Source: Acidimicrobiia bacterium
GTDB lineage: Bacteria; Actinomycetota; Acidimicrobiia; Spongiisociales; ZC4RG35
Assembly (NCBI GenBank): GCA_036556085.1
Contig: DATBKE010000123.1
Location: 6,171-70,170, forward strand
DNA: 64,000 nucleotides
Reading direction: 5' to 3'
Shown: piece after piece, positions 60,212 to 64,000 of the stretch
Numbering within the stretch: position 1 is the first letter of the stretch
Layout: each line of letters opens with the position of its first letter
Made by a program: the position numbers and the translations under genes
Notes under the pieces: model-generated
Databases searched by the model: none
The model's input: the letters and a program-made list of their open reading frames with translations, nothing else
What the model was told of the DNA's origin: nothing

Positions 60212-62169
60212 TGGGCCTCCTCGAGGGGCTCAGAACCCCAGCCGATCAGTGCGGCGAGGGCGATCACCACTCCCAGCACGATGAGGGCCTTGCCCGCGAT
60301 CGAGCGGTGGAAGATGATGCCGTAAGCGATCAGCGGCAGGCCCGCCGCCATCACGATCGGGAAGTAGCTGGGGTTGGGGAGATGAACTGGCTCGGGAGGG
60401 TTGACGCCGATTTCCTCGAGCCGCCCCACCTGTTCGTCGGCCTCGGCTTTGCGTATCGGCCGGCCAGTCTTGTCCTCGGTGTACTTCTGGTGCCAGAACT
60501 CGTCGAGGCCGTGGACGATCGGCACTTCGGCGAAGTTGAAGGCCGGAGTTGGATTCGGGATCGACCATTCGAGGGTGCGCGCATCCCACGGGTCCATCCC
60601 GGCGATTTCGCCCCGGCGCTTGGAGGTGCGGAAGTTGTAGATGAAAACCAGCAACCCAATGGCAATGATGAAGGCCCCGACAGAAACGATCCGATTCCAG
60701 GTCTCGAGGCTGGGGTCATAGCGCCAGGTACGCCGGATCATCCCCTGCAGGCCCAGCCAGTGCATGGGAGCGAAGGTCATGTTGAAGCCGAGCATCCACA
60801 GCCAGAAGTGCACCTTGCCGAGACGGTCGTTCATCATCCGCCCGCTGATCTTGGGGAACCAGTAGTAGAGGCCGCCGAAGAGCCCGAAGATCGCTCCCCC
60901 GAACAGCACATAGTGGAAGTGAGCCACGATGTAGTAGGTGTCGGTTTGCTGCCAGTCGGAGGGGACGACGGCATGGGTGACGCCCGAAAGACCACCAATG
61001 GTGAACATGGTGAGAAACCCGATCGCAAACCACATCGGAGTCTTGAGCTGCAAGCGTCCGAGCCACATGGTCCCCATCCAGTTGAAGATCTTGACCCCCG
61101 TCGGTATGGCGATCGTCATGGTTGTGAGACCGAAGCCCACCTGCGCCACGGTGGTGATCCCCGAAGAGAACATATGGTGAGCCCAGACCCCGAAGCCGAG
61201 GAAGGCGATGCCGGCCCCGGCAAACACCACTGCTGCATAGCCAAAGAGAGGCTTACGGCTGAAGACGGGGATGATCTCGGAGACGATTCCCATGGCGGGA
61301 AGAATCAGGATGTACACCTCCGGGTGACCGAATAGCCAGAACAGGTGCTGCCACAAAATTGGATCCCCGCCGGCGGTGGCATCGAAGAAGAGCGTGCCGA
61401 ACTGGCGGTCGAAGGTAACCATGAAGAGGGCGATGGCGATGATCGGCAGCGAGAACAGCAACAGAAAAGCGACTACCACTGTCATCCAGATGAACACCGG
61501 GACTCGCAGAAGCCGCATGCCCTTGGCTCGCAAGTTGAAGAACGTGACGATGAAGTTGACAGCGGAGATCAGCGAGGCGACCCCGAGGATCTGGAGGCCG
61601 AGGGCGGCGAAATCGATGGCCAGGCTGGGAGAGAACTCCTGGGCAGCGTTGGGTTGATACATGAACCACCCGCCGTCGGGGAGGGCGCCAAACGAACGGG
61701 CGTCGGAAGGGTCAAGGTTGCCCGGGATCCCGGGGACGACTCCTAGCGGCGGGGCGACGGCAGAAAACAGCAGACCCGAGTACAAGAAGATGCCGCCGAA
61801 GAGGAAGATCCAGTAGGAGAGGGCATTGAGGCGGGGAAAGGCGACATCGCGAGCGCCGATCATCAGCGGCAGCAGATAGTTCATGAAGGCCGACGACATC
61901 GGCATCACGACGAGGAAGATCATCGTCAAACCATGTGTGGTGAAGAGCCCGTTGTAGTCGGCCGCTGATAAGACATTGCTTTCGGCGGAGGCGAGGTGGA
62001 TGCGGAGGAGGAGAGCTTCGGCTCCGCCGATCACGAAGAAGAAGAAGGCGGTGTAGCCGTACAGGATCCCGATCTTCTTGTGATCGACAGTGGTTAGCCA
62101 CGACCAGAAACCGGTCTCCGCCCGCGGGCGGCGGAAGATGGTGGTGGCCTTTTCTGCAGCTGTCGTCAT
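60208..62169 (-). CDS. ctaD: cytochrome c oxidase subunit I (long, 14-TM caa3 type)
   Basis: ATGA overlap with the ctaC stop. ...WLTTVDHKKIGILY...LFWLFGHPEVYILILP...HHMF... C-terminal extra two TM (HLPNPSYFPIVMAAGL...). The track ORF's extra 245 N-terminal aa overlap ctaC and were removed. Confidence 0.9.
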   Translation of the reverse strand: MTTAAEKATTIFRRPRAETGFWSWLTTVDHKKIGILYGYTAFFFFVIGGAEALLLRIHLASAESNVLSAADYNGLFTTHGLTMIFLVVMPMSSAFMNYLLPLMIGARDVAFPRLNALSYWIFLFGGIFLYSGLLFSAVAPPLGVVPGIPGNLDPSDARSFGALPDGGWFMYQPNAAQEFSPSLAIDFAALGLQILGVASLISAVNFIVTFFNLRAKGMRLLRVPVFIWMTVVVAFLLLFSLPIIAIALFMVTFDRQFGTLFFDATAGGDPILWQHLFWLFGHPEVYILILPAMGIVSEIIPVFSRKPLFGYAAVVFAGAGIAFLGFGVWAHHMFSSGITTVAQVGFGLTTMTIAIPTGVKIFNWMGTMWLGRLQLKTPMWFAIGFLTMFTIGGLSGVTHAVVPSDWQQTDTYYIVAHFHYVLFGGAIFGLFGGLYYWFPKISGRMMNDRLGKVHFWLWMLGFNMTFAPMHWLGLQGMIRRTWRYDPSLETWNRIVSVGAFIIAIGLLVFIYNFRTSKRRGEIAGMDPWDARTLEWSIPNPTPAFNFAEVPIVHGLDEFWHQKYTEDKTGRPIRKAEADEQVGRLEEIGVNPPEPVHLPNPSYFPIVMAAGLPLIAYGIIFHRSIAGKALIVLGVVIALAALIGWGSEPLEEAH

Positions 62170-63197
62170 TCGAGAGTCTCCAGGAACGCGATGAGGGAAT
62201 CTATCTCCTCCTGGGTAAGGCCCAGGTCGGGCATGTATGACCCGGGCTTGACTTCCGGGGGATTGGCGAGCCAGCGCGTCAGGTTCTCCGGTGAATACTC
62301 GAGATAGCCTCCGGCGATGGTGTCCCGGGACATGAAGTGGGTGAGGTCGGGCCCGCTGAATTCGTCGAGGGCCACCACGTTGAACGGGTCGACCGTGTGG
62401 CACTGTGTGCACCGATTGAGAAATACGTCGAGGCCCGCCGCCGCCTCCGATCCCTCGGTCGGCTGTGGGGCCGGCTCCTGCTGGGACGAGACCCACGAGG
62501 CGAATTCCTCTTCGGTCAGCGCGACCGCTCGAGCCCGCATCAACGAGTGCGAGAGGCCGCAGAACTCGGCGCACTGCCCGATGAATATCCCTGGTTGATC
62601 CGCCTGGAGGCGTAAGTGTGTCTCCTGCCCGGGGACGAGATAGCGCTTGCCGTTGAGGGCGGGAATCCAGAAGTTGTGGAGCACGTCCTCTGAGGTCATG
62701 GTGGCGCAAACTTCGCGGCCGGAGGGCATGACCAATTCGGTTCCGGTGACGACCTCCTCGAGGGGATAGCGGTATTCGAACCACCACTGGTGGCCGATCA
62801 CCTGAACCGGATAAGCATCGGCCCCGCATTCGGTCAGGTCGGTGATTCCCCGCACGGTCGGGATGGCGATGGAAGCGAGGATCACCGCGGGGATGATCGT
62901 CCACATGATCTCCAGCTTGTTGTTGCCGTGGATCTGGCGCGGCTCCTTCCGTCCCGGGCGATCACGAAAGAGAAAAAGGGACACGACCATTGCGCCTTCG
63001 ACCAAGACGAACACCACGGTCGCCACCCAGAACACGGGCCAGAAAAGGTTGTCGATCCGCTCGGCGAAAGGACCCTGGGGGTCGAGGGAGTTGAGGGGGG
63101 AATCAGGGATTCCGATTAACGAGCAGCCAGCGAGGGAGATGGCGAGCGCGGTCAGGACGAGGATTCGCCCGAGCTTCTTTCGGGGCGTCGGCAGCAT
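62166..63197 (-). CDS. ctaC: cytochrome c oxidase subunit II with a fused C-terminal cytochrome c domain (caa3-type)
   Basis: Lipobox ISLAGC|S. CuA site CAEFCGLSHSLM. Heme c site CTQCH. Confidence 0.9.
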   Translation of the reverse strand: MLPTPRKKLGRILVLTALAISLAGCSLIGIPDSPLNSLDPQGPFAERIDNLFWPVFWVATVVFVLVEGAMVVSLFLFRDRPGRKEPRQIHGNNKLEIMWTIIPAVILASIAIPTVRGITDLTECGADAYPVQVIGHQWWFEYRYPLEEVVTGTELVMPSGREVCATMTSEDVLHNFWIPALNGKRYLVPGQETHLRLQADQPGIFIGQCAEFCGLSHSLMRARAVALTEEEFASWVSSQQEPAPQPTEGSEAAAGLDVFLNRCTQCHTVDPFNVVALDEFSGPDLTHFMSRDTIAGGYLEYSPENLTRWLANPPEVKPGSYMPDLGLTQEEIDSLIAFLETLE

Positions 63198-63243
63198 CGG
63201 CGGGCATCATAGGTTGACGGTCCCCGGTTCCCGCCCCCGACGA

Positions 63244-64000
63244 TTAGGCGCCGACCTCTGCCAGTGCCTCCTCGATCTCGCCCTCTCCGAGCGCTCCCTC
63301 GAAACGAGAGGACACCGTGCCCTGGCTATCCATAACGAACACCCATGGTTCGCTCGGCAGCCCCCAGGCAGACACGGCTCCGCTGATCCGGAGGTCCTCG
63401 AACGTCTCGGCATCGAGATTCTCGTAGATCTCGACATGTAGATAGTTGGCGTCGGGATGCTGGTCAGCCACGGCCTCGACCTGGTCGAGCATGGGACCGC
63501 AGGTCTGGCTGGTGCAGAAGGCGGGGCTAGCAAAGACGACGACGGTTGGACGACCGTTGGTGAGCGCCTGATCGAGAGACAGCTCATAAAAGGAAGGGTC
63601 GGGATCGGGGTCCGAGCTGATCTCGCTTAGTTCGTGTTCGGCTGTGGTTCGGGTTTCGATCGAGACCGCCGGATCTCCGATGCCCGGCATCGGATCCCCG
63701 CTACCGACGATGAATGAGGCTTGCATCGATTCGGTCATCCCCTGCGGGCGTAGCTTCACCCACCATGTGCCTTCTTGGTCGAAGGTGTCGCGGATCAGGT
63801 AGATACCGACCCGGTCCGGAACCGTCCAGAGGAACTCGGTGGAAACTTCTCGCTCCGTGCTGTCGGGGGCGATGAGAACGCCGCTGGTCTCGAGGTCGGG
63901 ACTGGCCAGGAAGGCCGCGGTTTCGGAGTCAACCAGGCCGACCAGCAGCCGCTGCGGTTCGCCGACGTCGAAGGTCCCGGGAGCATTCGCAACCACGGCC
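63244..64000 (-). CDS. thioredoxin-fold (TlpA/redoxin-like) protein, 5' end probably beyond the window
   Basis: ...RPTVVVFASPAFCTSQTCGPMLDQV... is a Cys pair in a thioredoxin-like context. No signal peptide follows the track's GTG 63996, so the N-terminus likely lies outside the window. Confidence 0.6.
   Translation of the reverse strand, partial: AVVANAPGTFDVGEPQRLLVGLVDSETAAFLASPDLETSGVLIAPDSTEREVSTEFLWTVPDRVGIYLIRDTFDQEGTWWVKLRPQGMTESMQASFIVGSGDPMPGIGDPAVSIETRTTAEHELSEISSDPDPDPSFYELSLDQALTNGRPTVVVFASPAFCTSQTCGPMLDQVEAVADQHPDANYLHVEIYENLDAETFEDLRISGAVSAWGLPSEPWVFVMDSQGTVSSRFEGALGEGEIEEALAEVGA

Noticed and set aside
60208-60520. The C-terminal ~100-aa extension of CtaD with two extra TM helices, considered as a novel subunit I/IV fusion.
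   Set aside because: As far as I recall, Bacillus-type caa3 subunit I proteins are of similar length (about 620-650 aa) and have 14 TM segments. This fits the rest of the ctaCDEFG cluster, and a separate ctaF is present.
60208-62904. An 898-aa version of ctaD, and other 5'-extended track ORFs: 34555..36726 (nadE), 53855..56824 (SARP), 17885..18688 (coxS), 3517..4950 (mtnA), 45220..47511 (uvrB), 23873..25177 (VWA), 58174..59190.
   Set aside because: The extensions overlap well-supported neighbouring genes on the same or the opposite strand and have no family features. Internal starts with an SD or ATGA/GTGA coupling give canonical N-termini.
1-64000. A scan for tRNA/rRNA/tmRNA-like sequences (T-loop GGTTCGAATCC-type motifs), transposase or integrase genes, and spacer-repeat arrays.
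   Set aside because: No convincing match was seen. The few TTCGAA-like strings lie inside well-supported coding regions.

Overview
The window is a GC-rich, densely packed chromosomal segment with about 70 protein genes. Many neighbouring genes have 1-4 nt start/stop overlaps (ATGA, GTGA, TAATG). The gene content and signals look Actinomycetota-like, possibly Acidimicrobiia-type: leaderless-style promoter geometry, an XRE/HbhA-like gene pair, and GTTT-N15-17-GGGTAT promoter motifs. This taxonomic guess is inference only.

I found no rRNA, tRNA, CRISPR array, transposase or integrase. Many long ORFs in the track are antisense shadows or 5'-over-extended versions of the real genes, so I trimmed starts where an SD, a motif or an overlap supported it.

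Gene blocks, left to right:
- 1-9.5 kb: GntR regulator with two SDRs; cupin; MTA-deaminase-like amidohydrolase, divergent from an mtnA-like isomerase that is co-oriented with a BMP-type ABC importer.
- 9.5-18 kb: class III aminotransferase; beta-ureidopropionase-like C-N hydrolase with a NitT/TauT ABC importer; several lipoproteins.
- 18-27 kb: form II CoxSLM-type molybdoenzyme with MoxR, VWA, XdhC and MocA accessory genes, and an unexpected secreted M15 peptidase inserted among them.
- 27-37.5 kb: DUF4332; HbhA-like/XRE pair; VIT1; DAHP synthase and prephenate dehydrogenase; M20 hydrolase; glnE; nadE; class IV aminotransferase.
- 37.5-41 kb: csbD stress operon plus a STAS / sigma / RsbW-like / GAF-PP2C partner-switching locus.
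- 41-49 kb: M23 peptidase; interrupted methyltransferase; mgtE; greA; uvrB; ferredoxin; alpha/beta hydrolase.
- 49-54 kb: cupredoxin-like lipoprotein with a polytopic membrane protein; a second, sigma-less partner-switching operon.
- 54-64 kb: SARP-AAA-TPR regulator; membrane proteins; Bacillus-type ctaCDEFG caa3 oxidase cluster.

Observations most worth follow-up:
1. A SigB/F-type sigma factor whose N-terminus looks like a degenerate copy of the neighbouring RsbW-like anti-sigma kinase. Two SigF/SigB-class promoter motifs flank it.
2. A GAF-PP2C-kinase fusion operon with two STAS paralogs and a DUF1990-like gene, but no sigma factor.
3. An identical 17-bp palindrome upstream of the GntR gene and again between mtaD and mtnA.
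4. The M15 peptidase translationally coupled between the coxD-like and coxE-like genes.
5. Unannotated small ORFs with strong SD sequences upstream of uvrB and next to the cupredoxin gene.

All family calls come from motif recognition by eye. No database search was possible.
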